Positions 27,041 to 36,245 of a stretch of DNA of 64,000 nt are shown one piece after another (the first letter of the stretch is position 1; every line of letters begins with the position of its first letter). The DNA is from an uncultured Gammaproteobacteria bacterium (GTDB lineage Bacteria; Patescibacteriota; Patescibacteriia; CAZSQN01). Under the pieces are notes generated by a model, which was not told the DNA's origin, did not search any database, and was given only the letters and a program-made list of their open reading frames with translations. The translations under genes and the position numbers were made by a program. Location of the stretch: assembly GCA_964609095.1 (NCBI GenBank), contig CAZSQN010000001.1, positions 86,117 to 150,116 on the forward strand. Direction: 5' to 3'.

Positions 27041-28027
27041 ATGGAAAATCAGCATCATATTCTCTCCATCGGAGATGCGACCATAGACAAATTCGTAAAA
27101 CTCAAAGACGCGAGCGTGCTTTGCACCCTGGAGCGCGAGAAGTGCATGCTCTGTTTGAGTTTTGCCGATAAAATTCCGATTATCCGGCTGGATGAAAAAG
27201 TGGCCGGCAACGCGCTTAATAACGCCGTTGGCTCCGCCCGGTTGGGCCTGGATGCCGCTCTTTATACCGTTTTGGGAAGCGATGATACCGCTAAAAAAGT
27301 GATTGACCGCATGGAAAAAGAAAAAGTCGCCGGAGATTATGTGGTTATCCAAAAAGGAACGAATTCAAATTATTCCGTGGTCCTAAACTATAAAGGAGAA
27401 AGAACGATTTTGGTTTATCATCATCCGCGGCAATATGTCCTGCCCAAGATTAATCATCCGCAATGGATTTATTACACCTCCGTCTGGGCCAAGGGAGCGG
27501 CCAAACTAAACCGGCAATTGGTTGAATACGTGAAAGAGAAAAAGAATTTTTTAACGTTTAATCCGGGCACGCACCAGATAAATGAAGGATTCCGCTCTCT
27601 CTCCCGTCTTCTTAAAGTGACTGATGTTTTTTTCGTAAATAAAGAAGAAGCGCAGGCGCTGATCGGCGACCACAAAAATATCAAGCTTTTAATGAAGGAT
27701 TTGAAACGGCATGTCCCAGGCCGGATTGTGGTTACGGACGGCAGCAAGGGCTCATACACTTACGACGGCGAAAAGTGTTATTTTCTGCCTATTTTTAAAG
27801 CAAGGGTGGTGGAGATGACCGGCGCCGGCGACGCTTATGCCACTGGTTTTATCGCCGCGCTTTTCCATGGCGAAAAGGCGCGGGAGGCCATGCGCTGGGG
27901 AGCCGCCAACAGCGCCAGCGTTATAGAAAAGATCGGACCTCAAGACGGCTTGCTTACTCTTTCCGGCATGAAAAAACGATTGGCTGAAAATAAGGAAATT
28001 AAGCCGCAAGTAATTTTTCGACGATGA
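27041..28027 (+). CDS. PfkB-family carbohydrate/nucleoside kinase
   Basis: Ribokinase-like fold. GG motif region and C-terminal TGAGDAYATGF anion-hole motif. Confidence 0.75.
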   Translation: MENQHHILSIGDATIDKFVKLKDASVLCTLEREKCMLCLSFADKIPIIRLDEKVAGNALNNAVGSARLGLDAALYTVLGSDDTAKKVIDRMEKEKVAGDYVVIQKGTNSNYSVVLNYKGERTILVYHHPRQYVLPKINHPQWIYYTSVWAKGAAKLNRQLVEYVKEKKNFLTFNPGTHQINEGFRSLSRLLKVTDVFFVNKEEAQALIGDHKNIKLLMKDLKRHVPGRIVVTDGSKGSYTYDGEKCYFLPIFKARVVEMTGAGDAYATGFIAALFHGEKAREAMRWGAANSASVIEKIGPQDGLLTLSGMKKRLAENKEIKPQVIFRR

Positions 28028-28030
28028 CAT

Positions 28031-28900
28031 ATGACGCGCTATGACCTCTCTGCTATTTTGCGGCAGGCGTCAACCGAACGCTGGGCGATGCCGCATTTTA
28101 ATGTTTCCAACCTTGAGCAGTTTAGGGGGGTTTGTTTGGCGGCCGCGGCTCTAAGGTCGCCGCTAATGGTGGGCACTTCTCTCGGGGAAAGACAGTTTAT
28201 CGGCTTGCGCCAGAGCGTGGCGTTGATTAAAGCATTTAGAGAGGAGTTTGGCATTCCTCTTTTTTTGAACGCGGATCATACCGCCTCGGTGGAAGCCGCT
28301 TACGCGGCAGTTGATGCGGGTTATGATTCAATCCATATTGATTTGTCTAAAAAATCATTTATGGAAAATATGGCCGGCACAAAAAAAGTCGTGGAATACG
28401 CGCGCAGGGCAAATCCGGCAATCAGCGTGGAAGGCGAGCTGGGATATCTGGTTACGGAATCATCAAAAGTATATAAAAAAAAGATAAAAGTTGACTCGGA
28501 AACATTTACTAAACCGGATGAGGCGGAAAGATTTGCGGAAGAAACCGGCGTGAATAGGTTTGCTCCGGCAGTTGGCAATTTGCACGGCATTGCCGCCAAT
28601 CGGCCGAAATTGGATTTCGCGCTGATTAAAAAGCTTAGAGAAACAATTCCCATGAGCGTGTCTTTGGTCTTGCATGGCGGCTCCGGCAACTCTCCGGCCG
28701 CTTTCAGAAAGAGCATTGATTTAGGGATTAACAATATCCATATTTCCACGGAATTGCGGCTGGCTTATTTTAAGGCGGTGAAGGCGGCGGTGAAAAAAGA
28801 AGAACTGGCTCCCTACAAGCTTATGTCGCCGGCCGTCGCGGCGGTGCAAAAAAAAGCTGAAGAGTTTATTAAAATTTTTCGGGCCAATAACAGGGTATAG
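28031..28900 (+). CDS. class II fructose/tagatose-bisphosphate aldolase family protein
   Basis: Class II aldolase signatures (LNADHT, ISVEGELG, HGGSG). Confidence 0.75.
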   Translation: MTRYDLSAILRQASTERWAMPHFNVSNLEQFRGVCLAAAALRSPLMVGTSLGERQFIGLRQSVALIKAFREEFGIPLFLNADHTASVEAAYAAVDAGYDSIHIDLSKKSFMENMAGTKKVVEYARRANPAISVEGELGYLVTESSKVYKKKIKVDSETFTKPDEAERFAEETGVNRFAPAVGNLHGIAANRPKLDFALIKKLRETIPMSVSLVLHGGSGNSPAAFRKSIDLGINNIHISTELRLAYFKAVKAAVKKEELAPYKLMSPAVAAVQKKAEEFIKIFRANNRV

Positions 28901-28966
28901 GGACTATGGTAAAGGGTATAGAAATTCACTAAACCCTAAACCCTAAACCCTAAACCCTAAACCCTA

Positions 28967-29935
28967 ATGTACGACATAATTACAATCGGCGCGGCAACCA
29001 AAGACGTTTTTTTGGAAAGCGGCAGTTTTAAATTTATCAAATCGCCGGAGTTTGCCGGAGGCACGGGCGAATGCCTTTCATTTGGTTCTAAAAATGAAGT
29101 CAGGAATATCTTTTTTTCAACCGGCGGCGGAGCCACTAATGCCGCCGTCACGTTTTCCCGCCTGGGCCTCTCTGTCGCGGCTCTTACCAGAGTGGGAAGA
29201 GATTCTTTCGGAGATGATATTATTGCCGCTTTAAAAAACGACAATGTTTCCGTAAAGCTGATTCAGCGCGATCCCGCGCTTAAAACCGCTTACTCAACCT
29301 TGCTTATGCAGGGGCCCGGCGAGAGAACGGTGCTTGTTTATCGCGGCTCGTCAGCAAAAATTAACGCGCGGGAGTTGCGGCAGGTGAGGACAAAGTGGAT
29401 TTACGTGACTTCTCTCGGAGGCCAGATTGATTTGCTTCGGAAAATATGGAGCTGGGCTCGTAAAAATAAAGTAAAAATCGCCTGGAATCCCGGAGGAGAA
29501 GAGCTAAAGTCGGGTTTGGAAAAACTTCTGCCTTTTATAAAACAGTGCGAAGTGTTCAATGTTAATCGCGAAGAAGCCGCTAGGGTTACCGGTTGCGGCT
29601 GGAGAGACAGGGAATGTTTGTTTGCCAATCTCTGCGGCAAGGCCACCTATGTTTTGATCACGGACGGAGAGCGCGGGGCGTATTGTTGCGGCGCCGGTGA
29701 GCGTTTTTTCGCTTCGTCGCTTGGCACCAAACCGAAAAATACGACAGGCGCCGGCGACGCCTTTGGCTCCGCCTTTGTGGCCGGCCTTATTTTAAGAAAC
29801 AGTGTTGATTTTGCTCTGCGGCTCGCCATTTTAAACGCCGACTCTGTTATCAGGCAGATGGGGGCTAAGACGGGAATTTTAAAAAAGTTGCCAAGCAAGG
29901 CAGTTTTATCTAAAATAGAAATAAAGAAACTGTAA
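28967..29935 (+). CDS. PfkB-family carbohydrate kinase (second copy)
   Basis: MYDIITIGAATKDVF N-terminus and TGAGDAFGSAF C-terminal motif. Confidence 0.75.
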   Translation: MYDIITIGAATKDVFLESGSFKFIKSPEFAGGTGECLSFGSKNEVRNIFFSTGGGATNAAVTFSRLGLSVAALTRVGRDSFGDDIIAALKNDNVSVKLIQRDPALKTAYSTLLMQGPGERTVLVYRGSSAKINARELRQVRTKWIYVTSLGGQIDLLRKIWSWARKNKVKIAWNPGGEELKSGLEKLLPFIKQCEVFNVNREEAARVTGCGWRDRECLFANLCGKATYVLITDGERGAYCCGAGERFFASSLGTKPKNTTGAGDAFGSAFVAGLILRNSVDFALRLAILNADSVIRQMGAKTGILKKLPSKAVLSKIEIKKL

Positions 29936-29937
29936 AT

Positions 29938-30921
29938 ATGTCAAAAATTTTTGTAACCAGGCCTATTCCCGATCAGGGCATCAAAATGCTTGAAGAAAAG
30001 CGGTATATGATTGATGTTTATGAAAAGGATGAGATTATTCCGCGCGGAGAACTCCTTAAAAGAGCGGCGGGCGTTGACGCGATTCTCTCCATTCTTACCG
30101 ATACCATTGATGAGGAAGTGTTGGGAGTCGCGGGGCCGCAATTAAAAATCGTTGCCAATTACGCCATCGGTTTTGACAATGTTAATGTGGAAGCGGCGAG
30201 AAAAAGAGGAGTAATGGTGGCTAATTCTCCCGGACCGGAGATTGTGGAATCGGTTGCCGAGCATACTTTTGCGCTGATGCTTACTCTTGCCCGGCGCATT
30301 TGCGAAGCGGACCGATTTACCAAAGGCGGGAAATACCGCGGCTGGGGCCCGCAGCTTCTTTTGGGAACCGATGTTTATGGAAAGACCTTGGGCATTGTGG
30401 GGCTGGGGCGGATCGGTTTTGCCGTGGCGCAACGCGCCGTCAAGGGATTTAGAATGAAACTTTTATACAATGACATTAAACAAAATGCCGATTTTGAAAG
30501 GGAATACGGAGCGGAATATGTTTCGCTTGAAGTGCTGCTTAAAAATTCCGACTTTGTTTCGCTTCATGTGCCGCTGCTTACTTCCACCAAGCACTTGATA
30601 TCCAGCGCGCAATTGCTATTAATGAAACGGAGCGCGTTTCTTATTAACACGGCGCGCGGGCCCATTGTTGACGAAAAGGCGCTGCTTAACGCCCTTAATG
30701 AAAAAATAATTGCCGGAGCCGCGCTGGACGTATTTGAATGCGAGCCAGCAATTGACTGCGATCCCTCCGACCATTTAGAATTAAAATCTATGCCCAATGT
30801 GGTGCTCACCCCGCACACGGCTTCCGCCACGATTGAAGCGCGGCAAGCCATGAGCCGGGCCGCGGCGACAAATATTATAGAAGCCCTTGAGGGCAGAACC
30901 CCGCCTAATTTAATTAAATAA
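29938..30921 (+). CDS. D-isomer-specific 2-hydroxyacid dehydrogenase (glycerate/phosphoglycerate dehydrogenase-like)
   Basis: NAD-binding GIVGLGRIGFAVAQRA. Catalytic R/E/H region (INTARG, VLTPH). Confidence 0.8.
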   Translation: MSKIFVTRPIPDQGIKMLEEKRYMIDVYEKDEIIPRGELLKRAAGVDAILSILTDTIDEEVLGVAGPQLKIVANYAIGFDNVNVEAARKRGVMVANSPGPEIVESVAEHTFALMLTLARRICEADRFTKGGKYRGWGPQLLLGTDVYGKTLGIVGLGRIGFAVAQRAVKGFRMKLLYNDIKQNADFEREYGAEYVSLEVLLKNSDFVSLHVPLLTSTKHLISSAQLLLMKRSAFLINTARGPIVDEKALLNALNEKIIAGAALDVFECEPAIDCDPSDHLELKSMPNVVLTPHTASATIEARQAMSRAAATNIIEALEGRTPPNLIK

Positions 30922-30996
30922 ACAATTAAAGCGTTTAGCGATTAGCGTATAGCGTTTAGTTTTTCTAAACCCTATACCCTAAAGTAGAAACTTGTT

Positions 30997-31464
30997 ATGG
31001 ATTTCAAAAAGAAGTGTTTTTGCAAAAAAAATGAAGAAGAATTTAGCTCTAATCGCGGACTGGGCGAGACGGTGGTGACTCAATTTTTTTGTCCGGATTG
31101 CTCTTATCGCGCGCCGGATGAGGCCACGTTGTTTGAAGTTGAAGACGTGCCGGGCAAACTCGGGGTCTACGGTATTGACTGGAATGAGTCGGAGCTGCGC
31201 CGGCTTGATCCGGATTTTAGAAAGGAGCTGGAATATTATGAAGATTTGATTATCTCCAACGGACTTACTTTGGAATGTTTGGCGAAAGAAGAAAAAACCC
31301 CGATATTTTGGGGTTGGAAAAGAGAAGATGACCTGACCGAGGCGCTGGGCGGACGGGATTATTTGCTCGCGGAAGAAGAAATGCCGACTAAATTGCCGAA
31401 GAAAACCAGAAACGGGCCGGATGAGAGCTATCACCCGAAGTCGGGGTATAAAGGACACAGATAA
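30997..31464 (+). CDS. hypothetical protein with CxxC...CxxC zinc-ribbon
   Basis: CFCKK...CPDC pairs. Acidic C-terminal half. No known domain. Confidence 0.45.
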   Translation: MDFKKKCFCKKNEEEFSSNRGLGETVVTQFFCPDCSYRAPDEATLFEVEDVPGKLGVYGIDWNESELRRLDPDFRKELEYYEDLIISNGLTLECLAKEEKTPIFWGWKREDDLTEALGGRDYLLAEEEMPTKLPKKTRNGPDESYHPKSGYKGHR

Positions 31465-31497
31465 AAAATCAGAAATCCGAAGCACGAAATCCGAAAT

Positions 31498-32286
31498 TTA
31501 TTTAATGCTAATCTTCAAACCGTCGTAGGCAAGCTGTACGGGAAACCGGCAGCTTTTTGTTTTAGCGATTTTTTTAAGTTCTCGCTGCGCTTTCTCATGC
31601 GGAGGATAGCTGTGGCCGGATTGAGTGATGAACAGCTTTTTAGGATGTAATTCTTTGGCAAAATTGATTGTGTCCGGAGCGGTAAAATGCCCGCGCAGCC
31701 GTTTTATATTCCAGAAGGCGCCGTCTAAAATAACCGTTTTTGTATTTTTGATTATCCGCCTTGCTCGAGCGGAAGCTCTGTCCATGTCTGAAGCGTAAAA
31801 AAGATCGCGGCCAAAAAGAAAGCCGTAGGTTGGAAGCGGAATCAGACCGTGCCGTACCGGGATAAAAGAAATTTTTTTGCCAAATAAAGTTGTTCGGCTG
31901 AATGGCCGGCTTGGCTTGGGTATGGCGGCGGAAGGAAGAAGCTTTTTTATGTATTTTAGGGTTGAAGAATGGGAAAATACGAGTATTGGCGGATGAGAGT
32001 TTCGGGCAAGCCATTTTTTAAGGTCGGACAGGCCGCCATAGGCATCGTCATGGCCATGGGTAATAAAGACGGCGTCTATCTTTTTAAGACGCGCGCGTTT
32101 TGCCTGTTCCAAAAAATCCGGGGAAACATCAATTAAGATATTTTTTCCGCCGAACTGAAGCATGGCCGAGCTCCTGTGCCTACGGCTTTTTGAACCGGGT
32201 TTGCGCGCCGCGCGGCAAAGCAAGTCCCGGTGCCCGGCTCTTGGTATGGCGCGCGACGGCCCAGAGCCAAGAAAAGTGAGCTGCAT
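31498..32286 (-). CDS. MBL-fold metallo-hydrolase
   Basis: HxHxDH motif (ITHGHDDAYGG). PhnP/ComEC-like beta-lactamase fold. Confidence 0.7.
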   Translation of the reverse strand: MQLTFLGSGPSRAIPRAGHRDLLCRAARKPGSKSRRHRSSAMLQFGGKNILIDVSPDFLEQAKRARLKKIDAVFITHGHDDAYGGLSDLKKWLARNSHPPILVFSHSSTLKYIKKLLPSAAIPKPSRPFSRTTLFGKKISFIPVRHGLIPLPTYGFLFGRDLFYASDMDRASARARRIIKNTKTVILDGAFWNIKRLRGHFTAPDTINFAKELHPKKLFITQSGHSYPPHEKAQRELKKIAKTKSCRFPVQLAYDGLKISIK

Positions 32287-32312
32287 ATCTAACTATTGTA
32301 CCATATGAATTT

Positions 32313-32345
32313 TGACAAAAGAGCAAAAAAATGATATTTTTAGAT
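32313..32345 (+). promoter_or_regulatory. sigma70-like promoter for tRNA-Ala (TTGACA-N17-TATTTT)
   Basis: TTGACAAAAGAGCAAAAAAATGATATTTT ends 8 nt upstream of the tRNA 5' end. Confidence 0.45.
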
Positions 32346-32352
32346 AGTTTAC

Positions 32353-32426
32353 GGGCCATTAGCTTAATGGCAGAGCACCCGGTTTGCATCCGGGAGATGA
32401 GAGTTCGATTCTCTCATGGTCCACCA
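32353..32426 (+). tRNA. tRNA-Ala (anticodon TGC), CCA encoded
   Basis: GGGCCATTAGCTTAATGGCAGAGCACCCGGTTTGCATCCGGGAGATGAGAGTTCGATTCTCTCATGGTCCACCA. Confidence 0.85.
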
Positions 32427-33920
32427 TTTCAGATTTGCCGAAGAAGTTGCCTCGGGGCTTCGCCCCTCGGCATTGGTTTCCGCCAAGAAATTCCAGGGGG
32501 TTTTGAATTCCGCCAAAAGAATTCCCGCCGCAAGTCGGCGGTTCGAGCCGATGGAAACAAGAAAATCTCTCATCAGTGAGGGATTTTCTTGTTTAGAGAG
32601 ATTTACGGCTTGGTTGGCTTCAATAATCCAGTTTCGCATGAGTTCGAGCCAATGATTACCTTTTCGCTCAAAATCAGATAATTTCTCCTCAATTGTTTTC
32701 TTTTCCGCCATTAAAACATTCTTTTTCTCTTGATACTCGGCAAGTTCCAACGCCTCGCCTAAATATGCGTCTGTCAGTCGCTCCAGTCGTATTTTAATGG
32801 CGGAAATACTATCGCGGAGATTTTGAGCGAAAAGGTCTGATGAGTGGCGGGATTCTTTGTTCTCATTTTCCAGTTTTGCCAAAAACTTTTCCCGCCACTC
32901 ATCGGGCAAAGAAACTTTTTGACAAAGATTTTTCACTTGTTCAGTTAGCACTTCTTCCCGCAAAAAGCGATTTTCAGTGCATTGAATAGTTTTGCTCTTG
33001 TGGGTGCAACGATAATAAATGAATTTCAAACCACTTTTCTTGATATGTCGCTCGGCGGTTATGGCGTAGCCACAAACCCCACAAGTAGCAAAACCTAAAA
33101 ACTGAAAATTCTTCGGTCCTCGCTTTTTGCGGGGTTTCCCATTCTGAACAAGCGCCTTTTGTATCTCGTCAAAAAGTTTCTTTGAAATCATTGGCTTATG
33201 CGAACCTTGATGCACCTCGCCACGATATTGAAAATGTCCGTAGTAAAAAGGATTTGTGAGTATGTGTTCAATACTGGCGAGGTGCAAAGGTTTGCCCGTC
33301 TTGCCAACCAAGCCAAGAGAAAACATTTTGCGCTGAATTGCCGTGAGCGTATATTGTCCCGTAGCAAAAGCCTCTAACGCTTCTTTTACTTTACCAAAGG
33401 TCTTTTTGTCTGGCTCAATCGTGCGAAGTCGTGGCTCGTTGAAATATCCGAGAGGGGCTTTTGCCGATAATTCACCACGCCTAATTTTTTGGCGAATACC
33501 ACGCAAAATGTTTTCTCTTAAATTGTCGGTGTAATACTTTGCTTGTCCGAAGGCGACACTCAACATAAATTTTCCTTGGGGTGTCGCCTCGAACCAGAAA
33601 GTAGGGAATTTTAGCGATTGGATTTTGAGTGTATCCACCAAGTAAATGACACGCCCGCCGTCAATCGAGTTACGAGCTAATCTATCGGGGTTCCACGCTA
33701 AAATTCCCTGTGCGGTGCCTTTTTCAATTTCGCCAAGCATTTCGTTAAAAATCTCTCGCCCTGGCTCTTTGGCGGTTTTTGATTCGTAGTATTCACGAGC
33801 AACGAAAAGAGAATTTTGCTTGGCGAAATCACGCAATTCTTGAAGTTGTGCCTCAATACTCAAAACTTGGCGTTCCTCATCCTCACTAGATTTACGACAA
33901 TAGATAAAGTATTTGATCAT
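32364..33920 (-). CDS. large serine recombinase (resolvase/invertase catalytic domain + recombinase domain + zinc ribbon)
   Basis: N-terminal serine-recombinase catalytic motif (YCRKSSEDEERQVLSIEAQ; catalytic Ser in RKSS). Central recombinase domain and Cys pairs (CGVCG...YYRCTH). ORF runs through repeat 'a' and terminates inside tRNA-Ala. Start MIKYF at 33920; the upstream TTG-initiated extension is encoded by repeat a'. Confidence 0.8.
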   Translation of the reverse strand: MIKYFIYCRKSSEDEERQVLSIEAQLQELRDFAKQNSLFVAREYYESKTAKEPGREIFNEMLGEIEKGTAQGILAWNPDRLARNSIDGGRVIYLVDTLKIQSLKFPTFWFEATPQGKFMLSVAFGQAKYYTDNLRENILRGIRQKIRRGELSAKAPLGYFNEPRLRTIEPDKKTFGKVKEALEAFATGQYTLTAIQRKMFSLGLVGKTGKPLHLASIEHILTNPFYYGHFQYRGEVHQGSHKPMISKKLFDEIQKALVQNGKPRKKRGPKNFQFLGFATCGVCGYAITAERHIKKSGLKFIYYRCTHKSKTIQCTENRFLREEVLTEQVKNLCQKVSLPDEWREKFLAKLENENKESRHSSDLFAQNLRDSISAIKIRLERLTDAYLGEALELAEYQEKKNVLMAEKKTIEEKLSDFERKGNHWLELMRNWIIEANQAVNLSKQENPSLMRDFLVSIGSNRRLAAGILLAEFKTPWNFLAETNAEGRSPEATSSANLKWWTMRESNSHLPDANRVLCH

Positions 33921-34409
33921 AGAATTGCGTGATTGAATTGCACCGCACTTACACCGACAATTTCTAAAATCTCTCATCGGCTCTTGCGCCTTTGGCGCAA
34001 TCCAAACTTTGTTTGGGAACCGCCGACTTTCGGCGGGAATGCTTTTGGCGGAATTCAAAACCCCCTGGAATTTCTTGGCGGAAACCAATGCCGAGGGGCG
34101 AAGCCCCGAGGCAACTTCTTCGGCAAATCTGAAATGGTGGTGTTTGTTTGAAAAAGTCAGAACCCATTTTGCGGAGAACCCTGAAAACTAATGCGGACTC
34201 GGCAGGGCGAAACATTTGACTGGGGATATGGATTCGCCCTGCCTCGGCTGATTTCCCGCCCGCAGGAGGGGTCTGGGGAGGAATGCGGGCGGGTTTCGGA
34301 CTGGGGGTTTTCGGAAAAAAATTCTCGGCTACAAAATTGATAAAAGTCCTCATATCTGTTAGTATAATACTACGAACGAAATCAAGCAACAGTTAAATGT
34401 TATCAATAT

Positions 34410-34613
34410 ATGGAAAGTAATCAACTGGGACTGAAAATAAGGAAATTGCGACAGAAACTAGGGCTTTCTCAAGACGATTTTGCTCGTAAGGCGGATGTTG
34501 CCTATACAACGCTTACCAAAATTGAAACTGGTGTTATTAAAAAGCCTTCTGTATTTGTTGTGAGCAAAATCGCCAAAGTCCTAGATGTCGCAATTGAGGA
34601 ATTGATAAAATAA
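34410..34613 (+). CDS. XRE-family helix-turn-helix transcriptional regulator
   Basis: LGLKIRKLRQKLGLSQDDFARKADVAYTTLTKIETG is a canonical HTH_XRE. Confidence 0.8.
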   Translation: MESNQLGLKIRKLRQKLGLSQDDFARKADVAYTTLTKIETGVIKKPSVFVVSKIAKVLDVAIEELIK

Positions 34614-34617
34614 TTTT

Positions 34618-35145
34618 ATGACAGGAACAAACAATAATTCAGTTTCGCTCGCCGGAGAATTTGCGGTTTTGTCGCAACTTGCTCTCCGAGGGTATGACGC
34701 AAATATGACACTTGGGCGAACGAAAAACGTTGATATTTTGGTATCCGATCCAAAGAATTTGAAAATGTATAAACTTGAAGTCAAAACTAATTATCAAAAT
34801 AGCCGAAATAAACCACAAGTTTCAAAAGTTCACGGCAAAATCGTAAGCGGTTGGATTATGAATAAGAAACACGAGGAAATAACAGACCCCGATCTTTTCT
34901 ATTGTTTCGTAAACATTGGAAAGCAAACAAACATTTTCAAATTCTACATTGTTCCAAGTAAAATCGTGGCAAAATATGTTAAGGAGGAACATCAAAATTG
35001 GCTTGAGGAAAAGAAAAAGGAAGCCAAAAAAGTTAAAGATTCAGAAATGAGGATTTTTCGTATCGGACTGAAAATTGAAAAATACGCGGTCAGCACACCG
35101 ACAGCAGAACAATATGAGGATAATTGGGAATTTAAGACATCATAA
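34618..35145 (+). CDS. PD-(D/E)xK nuclease-fold protein (YraN/Hjc-like core) with C-terminal extension
   Basis: Pattern GEFAVLSQLALRGY...VDILVSD...YKLEVKT parallels the bona fide YraN at 39771 (GEEMARKFLIKKGF...IDIVAA...HFVEVKA). 4-nt gap to the upstream HTH gene. Confidence 0.55.
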   Translation: MTGTNNNSVSLAGEFAVLSQLALRGYDANMTLGRTKNVDILVSDPKNLKMYKLEVKTNYQNSRNKPQVSKVHGKIVSGWIMNKKHEEITDPDLFYCFVNIGKQTNIFKFYIVPSKIVAKYVKEEHQNWLEEKKKEAKKVKDSEMRIFRIGLKIEKYAVSTPTAEQYEDNWEFKTS

Positions 35146-35149
35146 AATT

Positions 35150-35770
35150 ATGGAAAATAAAACCACTGATATAAATGATTTAGTTTTACAGCTTGCCGTT
35201 ATGGCAATGAAACCCGTGTTAAACGATGAGGTATGGCAATGCTACGGCTATAAAAAGAAACCGAAACATGGAAGTATATGGGATAAAATTTTCCCTAAAA
35301 TGTTTGCTTTGGATCATTTTATTTCAAAAGAAATTCTCACAATGGGGCTTATTGATGTGCTGAATGGAATTAAGAAATCGGCAGAAACCCCCGACACTAA
35401 ATTAGTAATTTCAATAGGAGTTGTTGATCAATTTCTATCTACCACAAAAAATATGTTTCCGTCAGATTTATTCATGGAAAATCTTTTTTCCACCTACGCT
35501 TCACATTTGAAAAGCGAAAAATCAAAAATCCACGAACCTGTAATATTAAAAGCCAAAGATATTTTGGATAAAAAAGATTTTGCGAAATTTATGGTCGGCA
35601 CTATTAGATTGCTTGCCATGGAACACACCGACGATTTTTTACTGAAAAGTGATTATATCAAGAGTTATGTCGAAAAATCTTCCAAAGACAACAAGCTAAA
35701 TATTTCTATGCCGAATGAAATTTATAAAAAATATTTACCTTTGATAGAGGAAAAAATATTGAAAGCTTAA
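35150..35770 (+). CDS. hypothetical protein (206 aa)
   Basis: Tightly linked (4-nt gap) member of the cargo operon. AT-rich codon usage. No recognised domain. Confidence 0.5.
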   Translation: MENKTTDINDLVLQLAVMAMKPVLNDEVWQCYGYKKKPKHGSIWDKIFPKMFALDHFISKEILTMGLIDVLNGIKKSAETPDTKLVISIGVVDQFLSTTKNMFPSDLFMENLFSTYASHLKSEKSKIHEPVILKAKDILDKKDFAKFMVGTIRLLAMEHTDDFLLKSDYIKSYVEKSSKDNKLNISMPNEIYKKYLPLIEEKILKA

Positions 35771-35780
35771 AATTTTTAAT

Positions 35781-36245
35781 ATGACAAACAACGAAAAAAT
35801 TTTAGAGCTTTCTTGGAACACGAACGACTTGCTATCTCAATATGTCGCAATTCACGATGATGTTTTCAAAACTTCAATTCGCCGCATAATTCCAATTCCA
35901 GGAATTTTTAAGGCGATTGATTTTGGCGAACATTTAAAAAAGATTGAAAACATCATTCCTGAATTAGAGAATTGCGACAAGGAAATAAAATCTATTATTG
36001 GCGATTTAACTAGTGATGAACGACAACACCTTGATTTATTATCCAAGTATGTTGGTGCATTGATTGAGACAGTAAGTCGTTTCAAAATAGTTCTCGGTGC
36101 GCTCTACGCCAAAAGCCAAAGTTTTGCTAATTCAAATTATGACTGGAAGAATTACAAAAATGACCTTGCAAGATACGAAGAGGCGGTACAAAATTATATG
36201 GCTTTTGGCGGGAAATTAAATGATTCTTTCCAGAAGATAAAATAA
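35781..36245 (+). CDS. hypothetical protein (154 aa)
   Basis: Last gene of the cargo operon. Its stop abuts inverted repeat b'. No recognised domain. Confidence 0.5.
   Translation: MTNNEKILELSWNTNDLLSQYVAIHDDVFKTSIRRIIPIPGIFKAIDFGEHLKKIENIIPELENCDKEIKSIIGDLTSDERQHLDLLSKYVGALIETVSRFKIVLGALYAKSQSFANSNYDWKNYKNDLARYEEAVQNYMAFGGKLNDSFQKIK

Noticed and set aside
34009-34389. ORFs 34009..34191(+), 33964..34389(-) and 32416..32655(+) inside the long inverted repeats
   Set aside because: They are reading-frame echoes of the repeat copies; the same peptide VSAKKFQGVLNSAK appears from both copies. They lack independent start signals and the region is better explained as repeat DNA.
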